Assembly: GCA_027050775.1 (NCBI GenBank) | Contig: JALUBH010000037.1 | Coordinates: 70,674-94,673, forward strand | DNA: 24,000 nt | Source: Campylobacteraceae bacterium | GTDB lineage: Bacteria; Campylobacterota; Campylobacteria; Campylobacterales; Sulfurospirillaceae | Direction: 5' to 3' | Part shown: positions 15,892 through 24,000 of the stretch, one piece after another | Position numbering within the stretch: position 1 is the first letter of the stretch | Layout of the letters: each line of letters starts with the position of its first letter | Notes under the pieces: model-generated | Databases searched by the model: none | What the model was told of the DNA's origin: nothing | Seen by the model: only the letters and a program-made list of their open reading frames with translations | Position numbers and translations under genes: made by a program

Positions 15892-17769
15892 ATGAGTTTA
15901 TTGAAAAAAATGATTATCGTGTTTGGATTGATTATAGTTCTATTTTTAATTGTATTTGGCTCAGTATTTTATGGACTAGATAATATGAATGAAAATAGAG
16001 TCACATTAAATGATCAGGTTATATTAAAAGATTTAGTATTTCAATTAAAAGATGATGAACAATCTTATCAATTAACAGAGCTAAAAGAGAGTGAAGATAG
16101 AGTATGGCATGACATAAAAAAAATTCATACCCATATAGAAAATACTCCTGGTTCTTTGGAAGAAGATATTAAGATGCCTCAGAATCTAGCAAATTTTGAC
16201 AATGCTTTTAAAGAATATACCAAAATGGTAAGTGCGTCAAAAAAATATATTAAAGATAATCGCATTTATATTAATAAAACAAGAAAAGCATCTATGCATT
16301 TAAGAAGTGATGCTTTAAAAAGTTTATCGAAGAGAATTGATAATGATAAATTAGTAGTATTAAAAGATCAAGTAAAACTATTGGGTTTAGCAGTAAGTAT
16401 AAAATTAAAAGAGAAAAATTATCTTTTATACAAAGATGATAAGGATTATAATGTTATTTTAACGCTGCTCCAAAAACTTAAAATACATATAGAAAATACT
16501 CCTGGAAGTTTAGAGGAAGATGCCGGGATACCTACCTTTTTACAACATTATAAAAATGGTATAATCGCATTACATTCAGTATTTCAAAAAGAGCAGAATC
16601 TTACACAAAAAATGGCTAAAGAGTCTCATGGTTTATTATCAAAAGCAGATACTCTTTTAAAGAACGCTAACACAGCAACAGATAATGCTTCTATTATGAT
16701 GAAGACGACATTGGATATAATATTTGTACTCTCTTTAATTTTTATTTTACTTATTTTATCGTTGACAAAAAAGCAAATAATCACTTCTATAAATATTCTC
16801 AATGAAAAAATTAAAGAGCTATCAAGTCAAGAGGGAGATTTGACTCAAAGAATAGAGGCTACCTCAAATGATGGAATAGGTGATATTGCTAGAAATATAA
16901 ATAAGTTTATGGATAAACTAGCAGATATGATTGTCAATTTGAAATCTTCAGCTGCAATAGCACAAGATGTGACAAATGAAGTAGAAAAAGATGCACAATT
17001 GACAGTAGCGAGTGTAAATATTCAGCAAAAAGAGATTTTGAAAACACAAGAGTTTGTGAGTAGTATTCCTGGCGATTTAGAGGTAACTAAAGAGAGTGTT
17101 GTAAGTAGTTCAGAAGATATAATAAACACACAAAAAGTTTTAGATGATTTAGTTATTTCACTACGCGATGTCGTAAGTACAATCAATGAAGATGCAGAGT
17201 CAGAAACAGAAATAGCAGATAGAGTGACAGTTTTAGCTGATCAAACAACGGAAATCAAGAATATTATTTCTATGATTAGAGATATAGCCGATCAGACAAA
17301 TCTGCTAGCACTAAATGCAGCCATAGAAGCAGCACGAGCAGGTGAGCATGGAAGAGGGTTTGCCGTCGTAGCTGATGAAGTAAGAAAGTTGGCTGAGAAA
17401 ACTCAAAAAAGCGTAAGCGAAATTGATGGCGTTATTCAAATGATTGTTCAAGGTGTTGAAGAGACAAAAAGTGAAATGGAAAATGTCGTAACAAGATCTC
17501 AAGAAGTAGCTGAATCAACGAATACATTAGTGGAACAAGCTGATAAAACAAAACATAGACTAGATGATACGATTGTGATTTCTCAAAAGGCAGTAAAAGA
17601 GACAATCAATATCAGTGGTAAGGTTATAGAAATGATGAAAACTTCAGAAAAATTAGCAGATGAAGCAAAAGTTGCCGATAAGATTTCTAAAGATTTAGTA
17701 GAAGTTTCTGGTAGTTTAAAAGAAGTAAATGGCAAAATTAATAATGAAGTGGAAAAATTCAAAGTTTAA
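15892..17769 (+). CDS. Methyl-accepting chemotaxis protein with a large duplicated helical periplasmic sensor
   Basis: TM1 at aa 7-28 and TM2 around aa 272-292. HAMP-like linker follows. Signalling hairpin tip is [37 protein letters not shown]. Confidence 0.9.
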   Translation: MSLLKKMIIVFGLIIVLFLIVFGSVFYGLDNMNENRVTLNDQVILKDLVFQLKDDEQSYQLTELKESEDRVWHDIKKIHTHIENTPGSLEEDIKMPQNLANFDNAFKEYTKMVSASKKYIKDNRIYINKTRKASMHLRSDALKSLSKRIDNDKLVVLKDQVKLLGLAVSIKLKEKNYLLYKDDKDYNVILTLLQKLKIHIENTPGSLEEDAGIPTFLQHYKNGIIALHSVFQKEQNLTQKMAKESHGLLSKADTLLKNANTATDNASIMMKTTLDIIFVLSLIFILLILSLTKKQIITSINILNEKIKELSSQEGDLTQRIEATSNDGIGDIARNINKFMDKLADMIVNLKSSAAIAQDVTNEVEKDAQLTVASVNIQQKEILKTQEFVSSIPGDLEVTKESVVSSSEDIINTQKVLDDLVISLRDVVSTINEDAESETEIADRVTVLADQTTEIKNIISMIRDIADQTNLLALNAAIEAARAGEHGRGFAVVADEVRKLAEKTQKSVSEIDGVIQMIVQGVEETKSEMENVVTRSQEVAESTNTLVEQADKTKHRLDDTIVISQKAVKETINISGKVIEMMKTSEKLADEAKVADKISKDLVEVSGSLKEVNGKINNEVEKFKV

Positions 17770-17849
17770 GGATAGAGTATATCTCACTGCCAATGATACT
17801 CTTAAATCAATCCATGGTATGAATCTTATAGTGCTATTCTAAAAAAATA

Positions 17850-18272
17850 TCATATCCATGTTTTTTCTTTATATTTCTTATAATCTGGTGTTTTTTTACT
17901 CCAAAGTTTTTCCTCTTTGTTTGCTTTAAGGAAGAGTGACAACAGCAATAGAAGATATATGATGATATTTATAATGTTTAAGTTAAAAATGATAATACCA
18001 AGCATCATGAGAGCCACTGAAAAGTACATAGGGTGTCTTATGTAGCCATATATACCATGAGTCACCAACTCTGCACCGTCTTTTATCTCCGGGATTATGT
18101 TGAAATTGTGAAGTTTGTTGTTATAGATAGCATAAATTCCTACGATAAATCCAACTATAAATATACTCAAAGGGATTGCCTTTGAAGCAAATGAACTGTT
18201 TAAAAAAAGAAGTACAAATGCAAGTAAATACTGCACCGATACTAAAAAATAGGAATATATCTTTTCTCTCAT
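17850..18272 (-). CDS. ICMT/PEMT-like integral-membrane methyltransferase family protein
   Basis: LVTHGIYGYIRHPMYFSVALMMLG plus C-terminal EEKLWSKK..DYKKYKEKT, the signature of the isoprenylcysteine carboxyl / phospholipid methyltransferase superfamily. 140 aa, multi-TM. Confidence 0.7.
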   Translation of the reverse strand: MREKIYSYFLVSVQYLLAFVLLFLNSSFASKAIPLSIFIVGFIVGIYAIYNNKLHNFNIIPEIKDGAELVTHGIYGYIRHPMYFSVALMMLGIIIFNLNIINIIIYLLLLLSLFLKANKEEKLWSKKTPDYKKYKEKTWI

Positions 18273-18325
18273 ACTCTAATTTTAGCAAAAAATAGTAAAT
18301 TTATCGTCTATTTATATAAAAGTTG

Positions 18326-18331
18326 TATAAT
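18326..18331 (+). promoter_or_regulatory. Candidate -10 box (TATAAT) for metK
   Basis: Perfect TATAAT in gttgTATAATtc, 174 nt upstream of the metK ATG. No recognisable -35. Confidence 0.35.
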
Positions 18332-18417
18332 TCTTGGGCAATTTAACCAATGGTGGGCGAAAGCCTCAATTCAAACTTTTTAATTTTATTTTTAGATATT
18401 AGCTGTATCAGTTAAAA

Positions 18418-18513
18418 ATCTCTTCAAAAAAATGGAAAACAAAAGGATGGAAAACAATTAAGAGCAATAATCTCTTATGGAAAACAAAGAAATGGAAAAC
18501 AAAAATGGAAAAC
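18418..18513 (+). repeat. Five direct copies of ATGGAAAACA in the metK leader, the last being the metK start codon
   Basis: Copies start at 18432, 18447, 18477, 18492 and 18505 (spacings 15, 30, 15, 13 nt). They belong to a larger imperfect duplication, ATCTCTT...ATGGAAAACAAA..ATGGAAAACAA (18418-18457 and 18470-18502). Confidence 0.9.
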
Positions 18514-19716
18514 ACATCCCAATATTTATTTACAAGTGAAGTCGTAAGCCCGGGACATCCGGACAAATGTGCAGATATCATAGCTGACAGTATCGTTGAT
18601 GCTTTGATTATTGCTGATTCAAATTCAAGAGTTGCTAGCGAAGTATTTGTAGCCGGCAAAAATGTCATCATAGGTGGTGAAGTAAAATCTTCAGCCAATT
18701 TAGAAACAAAAGATTATGAAGATATAGTTAAGGATACTCTTGTAAAGATAGGTTATAACGGAAAATCTGCTTTTACGAGAGAGCAGTGTCTGCATCCTGA
18801 TGATGTTAAAATTCAAGTTCTTTTAAATAGACAATCAAGTGATATATCTCAAGGTGTTGATCAAGAAACCGGTGAGATTGGAGCAGGCGATCAGGGAATT
18901 ATGTTTGGTTTTGCCACAAACGAGACAGCAGATTTTATGCCCTCAGCCATCACTTATGCCAGGATGATTTGCGATAAAGTATATAATTATGCACTGAATC
19001 ATAACCAAAAGTTAGGAGTAGATATAAAAACTCAGGTGACCATGGATTATGGTACAAAAGAAAACTTTGAAAATTGCCTTCCTCAAAAGATTCACACTAT
19101 CGTCGTATCGGCTCCATCAGTTGAAGATATGCCTATAGAAGAGGTGAGAGAGCTTTTGAAAGGCTTGATAGATGGTACAGGACTTCCCCCAAGACTTTAT
19201 GACCCTAAAAATACAATCTTGCATCTGAACCCGACAGGTAGATATGTAAATCACAGTCCACTACACGACTCAGGTCTCACAGGAAGAAAATTGATAGTAG
19301 ATAGTTTTGGTGGATATTCGCCAATTGGTGGTGGTGCACAAAGCAGTAAGGATTACACAAAAGTTGATAGAAGTGGTCTTTATGCAGCCCGTTGGTTAGC
19401 AAAAAATATAATAGCAAGTGGACTTGCTAAAAAATGTTCAGTGCAGCTTTCTTATGCGATAGGAGTATCAAAGCCACTTTCAATCAGCGTTGATACCTTT
19501 GGCACAAACACAAGTGTAAGTGATGATGTTTTGTCTAATTTTGTATTAAATACATTTAGTTTAACTCCAAGATGGATAACTGAAAAATTTGGTTTAGATA
19601 AACCAAGCAGTGAAACTTTTTTATATGCCGATGTAGCAGGAAGAGGTCAAGTTGGACAGAGCGATTATCCTTGGGAAAAATTAGATGCATTAGAACTTTT
19701 TGAAACTTTAAAATAG
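18505..19716 (+). CDS. metK: S-adenosylmethionine synthetase
   Basis: YLFTSEVVSPGHPDKCADIIADSIVDA, GAGDQGIMFGFATNET, GLTGRKLIVDSFGG, GGGAQSSKDYTKVDRSGLYAARWLAKN. Confidence 0.93.
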   Translation: MENTSQYLFTSEVVSPGHPDKCADIIADSIVDALIIADSNSRVASEVFVAGKNVIIGGEVKSSANLETKDYEDIVKDTLVKIGYNGKSAFTREQCLHPDDVKIQVLLNRQSSDISQGVDQETGEIGAGDQGIMFGFATNETADFMPSAITYARMICDKVYNYALNHNQKLGVDIKTQVTMDYGTKENFENCLPQKIHTIVVSAPSVEDMPIEEVRELLKGLIDGTGLPPRLYDPKNTILHLNPTGRYVNHSPLHDSGLTGRKLIVDSFGGYSPIGGGAQSSKDYTKVDRSGLYAARWLAKNIIASGLAKKCSVQLSYAIGVSKPLSISVDTFGTNTSVSDDVLSNFVLNTFSLTPRWITEKFGLDKPSSETFLYADVAGRGQVGQSDYPWEKLDALELFETLK

Positions 19717-19722
19717 ATCCAA

Positions 19723-20271
19723 GTGTCTAATATGAAGATAAAAACATCGCTTTCGGTAGTAATTCGTATTTTGTTATGGGTTTTTTTACTCATTGGCGGT
19801 TCGATAATAGGTATCTTGTATGATGCATATGATCCTGTGTGGCATAGTTGTATATTTCATATCATCTCCTTCATTTTAGGCTATATCATTCTTGTTTTTG
19901 CCTTTAGGTCGGCTGCAAACGGTGGCAGAGAATTAAAAAAAGGAAGAGTCGGAGATATACCTAGACTTGAGACAAACCATCTCGTAACAACCGGCATATA
20001 CAGCTGCATGAGACATCCTATGCTTTTTGGTTTAACACTTTTGCCATTAGGCACAGCACTCGTGATTGGTTCACCCACTTTTATCTCTATTGTAGCTCCG
20101 ATTGAGATGGTTTTTATCATCTTTATGGTAGTTGTTTTTGAAGAGTGGGAGGTAAGAAAGAAATTTAAAGAGGAGTATGAAGAGTACGCCTCAAAAGTAC
20201 CGATGGTAAGCTTCAAAAAAGAGTGTCTTGAAAAACTCTTTGGAAAAATAAAAAAATCTATGGATAGATAA
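19723..20271 (+). CDS. ICMT/PEMT-like integral-membrane methyltransferase family protein (second copy)
   Basis: LVTTGIYSCMRHPMLFGLTLLPLG plus FEEWEVRKKFKEEYEEYASKVP. Begins 6 nt (GTG 19723) or 15 nt (ATG 19732) after the metK stop; start choice is uncertain. Confidence 0.7.
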   Translation: MSNMKIKTSLSVVIRILLWVFLLIGGSIIGILYDAYDPVWHSCIFHIISFILGYIILVFAFRSAANGGRELKKGRVGDIPRLETNHLVTTGIYSCMRHPMLFGLTLLPLGTALVIGSPTFISIVAPIEMVFIIFMVVVFEEWEVRKKFKEEYEEYASKVPMVSFKKECLEKLFGKIKKSMDR

Positions 20272-21535
20272 CACCGCTGATGCCGCCATTTGCACTGTGG
20301 TATATGGTGGTGTCGTATCTTTTTGCGTAAAATCTAAGTAGTAGATGCTGCAGGGTTGGTTCGATTGAGGGTTTAAACCAGGCGTTATTGCTGATGGCTA
20401 TCATTCTTTTTGGAGCATTTTCAAAGAGTTTGTCTGTTGTTGCTTCAAAACAGACGGCACTTCTGAATTTTATCCCTCTTATATCAAAGTTTTGTGGAGT
20501 TTTAGCTCTTGAATAATCACTTGCAGAGTTAAAAAATATCTTGTTTATAAATTTGCTTAAAAAAGCAGGAAGCGGTATCTCTTCACCAAATGGTACAAGT
20601 GTGACTTTGTGAGCTATTTGCATATTTCCATTTTCAAAAAAGTATGAGGAGTTGTAAATTTTGTGGTTTTGATAAGTCAGTCCTCCTGTTACTATATCTA
20701 TTTGAAATGATAACTTTTTTAGTGCCTCTATTTCATCGGTGTGTAAGTTGAGATATTGAGGAAAAGCGCTTTCAGGGAGCACTACAAGACTAAAACCTCT
20801 ATTTATAGCACTCTTTATCGAAGCAAAATTTTCTTTAACCAGGCTGTTTTCAAACTGCTTATCCCATTTATCTCTTTGATTTACATCACTCTTTACAAGC
20901 TCTACATGTAGAGGCAAATTTTGGTCTTTTATTTGAGGTTGCCACATAGCTAAAATAAGGAGCAAAACAGAAAAAAGTTTATAATACTTTGGTAATTTTA
21001 TCATTAAAATGATGGCCGTTAAAAAGAGTATGTAGGAGTAGATTTGAGTACTAAAATAGCTATTTATTAGACTCAATTCCAATTTTAGCCAATTAAATCC
21101 AAATGGCGAAAAAAAGCTCAGTGAAAAAAAGAGAAAAGTTCTTACAAAAAGGTTATTAAAAAGCCCAATGATGGTAAATATAATCCCATAAACCAGTGCT
21201 ATTACAAGAATGACAAATGGTATAAGATATGCCAAATCATAATATCTAAAACTGAGACTTATCCAATAGAACCAAAAAATACCTATGAAAAAACCACTCC
21301 AAAAAAGCTCATATTTATCTGCTTTGAGTAGAAGGTAAAATCCCAATATAGCAAAAATAGAATCCAATATTTTAAAATGAATATGAAAATATTCAAGATA
21401 TATAAAAATCGAGAGACAAAAAGCTATAACAAAGCCTTTTATTATATAAGAAATGGTAAAATAATCTCTTAAAATTTTTACACAAAAGGATTTACATGCA
21501 AGGCGGTTCAAATATGCTGACTTCTTTATTACCAT
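20258..21535 (-). CDS. lnt: Apolipoprotein N-acyltransferase
   Basis: Multi-TM N-terminal half plus a CN-hydrolase domain with triad-context motifs VVLPESAFP, AHKVTLVPFGEEIPLP and SAVCFEAT. Start uncertain because it overlaps the yajC ORF. Confidence 0.8.
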   Translation of the reverse strand: MVIKKSAYLNRLACKSFCVKILRDYFTISYIIKGFVIAFCLSIFIYLEYFHIHFKILDSIFAILGFYLLLKADKYELFWSGFFIGIFWFYWISLSFRYYDLAYLIPFVILVIALVYGIIFTIIGLFNNLFVRTFLFFSLSFFSPFGFNWLKLELSLINSYFSTQIYSYILFLTAIILMIKLPKYYKLFSVLLLILAMWQPQIKDQNLPLHVELVKSDVNQRDKWDKQFENSLVKENFASIKSAINRGFSLVVLPESAFPQYLNLHTDEIEALKKLSFQIDIVTGGLTYQNHKIYNSSYFFENGNMQIAHKVTLVPFGEEIPLPAFLSKFINKIFFNSASDYSRAKTPQNFDIRGIKFRSAVCFEATTDKLFENAPKRMIAISNNAWFKPSIEPTLQHLLLRFYAKRYDTTIYHSANGGISGVIYP

Positions 21536-21768
21536 TGGTCGTACTTTTCGCGATTTTTTATTTTTTGGTTATAAGACCTCAACAAAAACAAGCAAAGCAA
21601 CATAAGAATATGATTGCGAGTCTCAAAAAAGGAGACAAGGTTATCACAAATGGCGGACTTATATGTGAGGTTGTTAAACCTGAAGAGAATTTTATCAAAG
21701 TTTCACTTAACAATGATGTAATTGTTAAAATCTCTCGAGAGTATATAGCAAAGAAAATAGATGAGTAA
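21496..21768 (+). CDS. yajC: Preprotein translocase subunit YajC
   Basis: LLPLVVLFAIFYFLVIRPQQKQAKQHKNMIASLKKGDKVITNGGLICEV. Alternative start at ATG 21514. Confidence 0.88.
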   Translation: MQGGSNMLTSLLPLVVLFAIFYFLVIRPQQKQAKQHKNMIASLKKGDKVITNGGLICEVVKPEENFIKVSLNNDVIVKISREYIAKKIDE

Positions 21769-23341
21769 AGGTGGATTAAATTACCGCTTGGTGATTTTTT
21801 TCATTGCAATTGTATTTGGGGTGGGTTTTTCACTGCCGACCTTTTTGCAAACCAAGGGAGGTGCCAAGATCTCCTTGGGACTTGACCTTCAAGGTGGTTT
21901 GCATATGCTTCTAGGTGTAAAAACAGATGAAGCTATAAAATCAAAGATGAAATCAATCGCATCAAGCATAAAGTTTTTTACGGACAACAATGATATTGTT
22001 ATTGATGAGCTAAGGGTTAAGGGTGATTTGGTATCTTTCACTCTTCTAGATAAAGATGAAGAGAAAAACCTTGATAACATGATTAAAAAGATACCGGGTG
22101 TTCAAATAAAAAAAGATAAACTCTCTTATGTGTTAAGCTTAAGCAATAAAGAGAAAGTAGCAACTAAAAAGTTTGCAGTTTCTCAGGCAGTTGAGACTAT
22201 CAGAAACAGACTCGATCAGTTTGGATTGAGCGAGCCAAATGTTGCAAAGCAAGGAGCTGACAAGATACTCGTTGAACTTCCGGGTATTAAAACCATAGAG
22301 GAAGAGCAGCGAGCTAGAGAGCTTATAGCAAAAGCAGCACATCTTCAACTGATGGCCATAGATGAAAAAAGAGCTGACCAAGCAAATACTATGAGTGAAG
22401 ACGAGGCGGCAAGTTACGGAGATGTTATATTGCCGGATTCTAAAAATCCAAAAATAAAATACATAGTAAAGAGTGTACCTATCTTAGATGGAAGTATGCT
22501 TACAGATGCAAAAGTAGGCTTTAGTAGCATGAATCAACCTGTAATCAACTTTACTTTAAATAGTGAGGGTGCGAAGATTTTTGGGGATTATACGGCTAAA
22601 AATGTAGGAAACCACTTAGCAATTGTGCTTGACAATATAGTATATTCGGCTCCTGTCATAAAAGAGAGAATAGGCGGAGGAAGTGGGCAGATTAGCGGAG
22701 GATTTAGCATAAAAGAGGCACATGATGTGGCTATCGCTCTTAGGAGTGGTGCACTTTTGGCTCCTGTAAAACTGCTTGAAAAAAGAAGCGTAGGGCCAAG
22801 CCTTGGGGCTGATAGCATAAGAGCTAGTATGTTGGCGCTCATCACTGGTTTTGTGCTTGTATTTTTATTTATGATAGTCTATTATGGTATGGCAGGATTG
22901 ATAGCAGATATCGCACTTCTGGTGAACCTCTTTTTGGTTATAGCTATTATGGCTCTTTTTGGGGCGACACTGACCTTGCCGGGTATGGCGGGTATTGTTC
23001 TGACGGTCGGTATGGCCGTTGATGCCAATGTTATCATAAATGAGCGGATAAGGGAACTCTTTCGGGAGGGCAAAAGTGTGGCTAAGGCCGTTGAAAAGGG
23101 TTATACAAATGCTATGAGTGCTATTTTGGATGCAAATATCACGACACTTATAGCAGCAGTTGTACTTTATGCTTATGGAACAGGACCTATCAAGGGATTT
23201 GCTGTTACTATGAGTATAGGTATATTGGCTTCTATGCTGACAGCAATTCTAGGAACACATGGGATATATCAATACATAATGCCAATCATCGAGAGAAGTA
23301 AAAGCTTGCCATTTTGGTTTGGCGTAAAGAAAGGTAAGTGA
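21761..23341 (+). CDS. secD: Protein translocase subunit SecD
   Basis: LGLDLQGGLHMLL, large periplasmic domain, C-terminal 6-TM block with LTLPGMAGIVLTVGMAVDANVIINERIRE. Confidence 0.92.
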   Translation: MSKGGLNYRLVIFFIAIVFGVGFSLPTFLQTKGGAKISLGLDLQGGLHMLLGVKTDEAIKSKMKSIASSIKFFTDNNDIVIDELRVKGDLVSFTLLDKDEEKNLDNMIKKIPGVQIKKDKLSYVLSLSNKEKVATKKFAVSQAVETIRNRLDQFGLSEPNVAKQGADKILVELPGIKTIEEEQRARELIAKAAHLQLMAIDEKRADQANTMSEDEAASYGDVILPDSKNPKIKYIVKSVPILDGSMLTDAKVGFSSMNQPVINFTLNSEGAKIFGDYTAKNVGNHLAIVLDNIVYSAPVIKERIGGGSGQISGGFSIKEAHDVAIALRSGALLAPVKLLEKRSVGPSLGADSIRASMLALITGFVLVFLFMIVYYGMAGLIADIALLVNLFLVIAIMALFGATLTLPGMAGIVLTVGMAVDANVIINERIRELFREGKSVAKAVEKGYTNAMSAILDANITTLIAAVVLYAYGTGPIKGFAVTMSIGILASMLTAILGTHGIYQYIMPIIERSKSLPFWFGVKKGK

Positions 23342-24000
23342 TGCAGGTATTTTCAAAAGATAAAATTTATGATTTTATGGGAAAAAGCAATATTTTTATA
23401 ACAATTTCACTTGTTATGATGTTGTCTTCATACTTCTTTTTGTACACAAAAGGCTTAAACTATGGTATAGATTTTGCAGGCGGAACTGTTGTTCAAGTAA
23501 AATACAATAAAGTAGCTCCTATTAAAAAGATAAGAAAAGCTATCGCAAAAGATAAAGCTTTTGAGAATGCTACTATTACGAAGTTTGGTTCAGCAAATGA
23601 GATAATTATCCGTTTTGCAACAACAAGTGGAAACTTGAGTAAAGATGCCGGCGATAAGATAAAAAATCTTTTAAAAGGCACGGGTAACTTTAAAATAAGA
23701 AGAGTCGATATAGTGGGACCAAAAGTCGGAGGGGAGCTAAGAGAAAAAGGTATAATGGCGATGGTGATGTCGATACTCGCTATCTTAATTTATGTAGGCT
23801 TTAGATTTGAATGGAGATTTGCATTGGCCTCTGTCATGGCATTAGTGCATGATGTCTCTATTGCTATGGGTGCTATTGCTCTTTTTCAAGTAGATTTTAA
23901 TCTGGATGTTCTAGCAGCTCTTTTGACACTGCTGGGGTATTCGCTAAATGATACGATTATCGTTTTTGATAGGATTAGAGAAGGAATCGGAGATACCAAA
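23341..24000 (+). CDS. secF: Protein translocase subunit SecF (3' end outside the window)
   Basis: Not in the ORF track because no stop is reached. My translation from the ATG at 23341 (TGATG junction with secD) is MQVFSKDKIYDFMGKSNIFITISL...GIDFAGGTVVQVKY...LLTLLGYSLNDTIIVFDRIRE. Confidence 0.9.
   Translation, partial: MQVFSKDKIYDFMGKSNIFITISLVMMLSSYFFLYTKGLNYGIDFAGGTVVQVKYNKVAPIKKIRKAIAKDKAFENATITKFGSANEIIIRFATTSGNLSKDAGDKIKNLLKGTGNFKIRRVDIVGPKVGGELREKGIMAMVMSILAILIYVGFRFEWRFALASVMALVHDVSIAMGAIALFQVDFNLDVLAALLTLLGYSLNDTIIVFDRIREGIGDTK

Noticed and set aside
17774-17802. Inverted repeat AGAGTAT-N15-ATACTCT just after the MCP stop, as a terminator
   Set aside because: The 7-bp AT-rich stem has a 15-nt loop and no following U-run, so it is not distinguishable from chance in AT-rich DNA.
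18418-18513. Considered whether the short direct repeats could be a degenerate CRISPR array or a mobile-element end
   Set aside because: The units are only 10-13 nt with 2-20-nt gaps and no spacer-like unique segments. There are no cas, transposase or integrase genes in the window, and the last unit is the metK start codon.
18408-18698. 96-aa minus-strand ORF with a striking repetitive peptide (FHPFVFHFF / FVFHFFVFH)
   Set aside because: It is the reverse-complement reading of the ATGGAAAACA repeat array and then runs antisense through the confidently identified metK N-terminus. It has no RBS and no family resemblance.

Overview
AT-rich bacterial chromosomal segment. Gene content and order look Campylobacterota-like; this is my recollection of Campylobacter jejuni gene order, not a search result. 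I call 30 protein-coding genes and found no rRNA, tRNA, tmRNA, CRISPR array, transposase or integrase. Bases 1-7644 form one gap-free plus-strand array: UvrD/PcrA-type helicase (5'-truncated), truB, csrA, ispE, smpB, clpS, clpA, aat and an AEC-family transporter. Bases 18505-24000 are a second housekeeping block: metK, lnt, yajC, secD and secF (3'-truncated). Between the two lies an accessory-looking stretch. It holds an AraC regulator with a PLP aminotransferase, a RidA-family protein and a LysE exporter. It also holds a three-gene partner-switching cassette (STAS protein, RsbW-like kinase, Cache/HAMP/PP2C phosphatase) with no sigma factor nearby. The rest of the stretch is pssA, a coupled ThiF/MoeB + TusA-like + YaiI trio, a chemoreceptor with an internally duplicated sensor, and an ICMT-like membrane methyltransferase. 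Best leads: (1) the orphan partner-switching cassette; (2) five stacked copies of ATGGAAAACA in the metK leader and start codon, forming two Met-rich mini-ORFs and many GGA motifs; (3) metK bracketed by two paralogous membrane methyltransferases; (4) the only long G/C homopolymer in the window (C8), just upstream of the chemoreceptor promoter; (5) the E1-like/TusA-like/DUF188 coupling with no ThiS/MoaD carrier. All family assignments come from reading motifs in the supplied translations. No database search or structure prediction was run.
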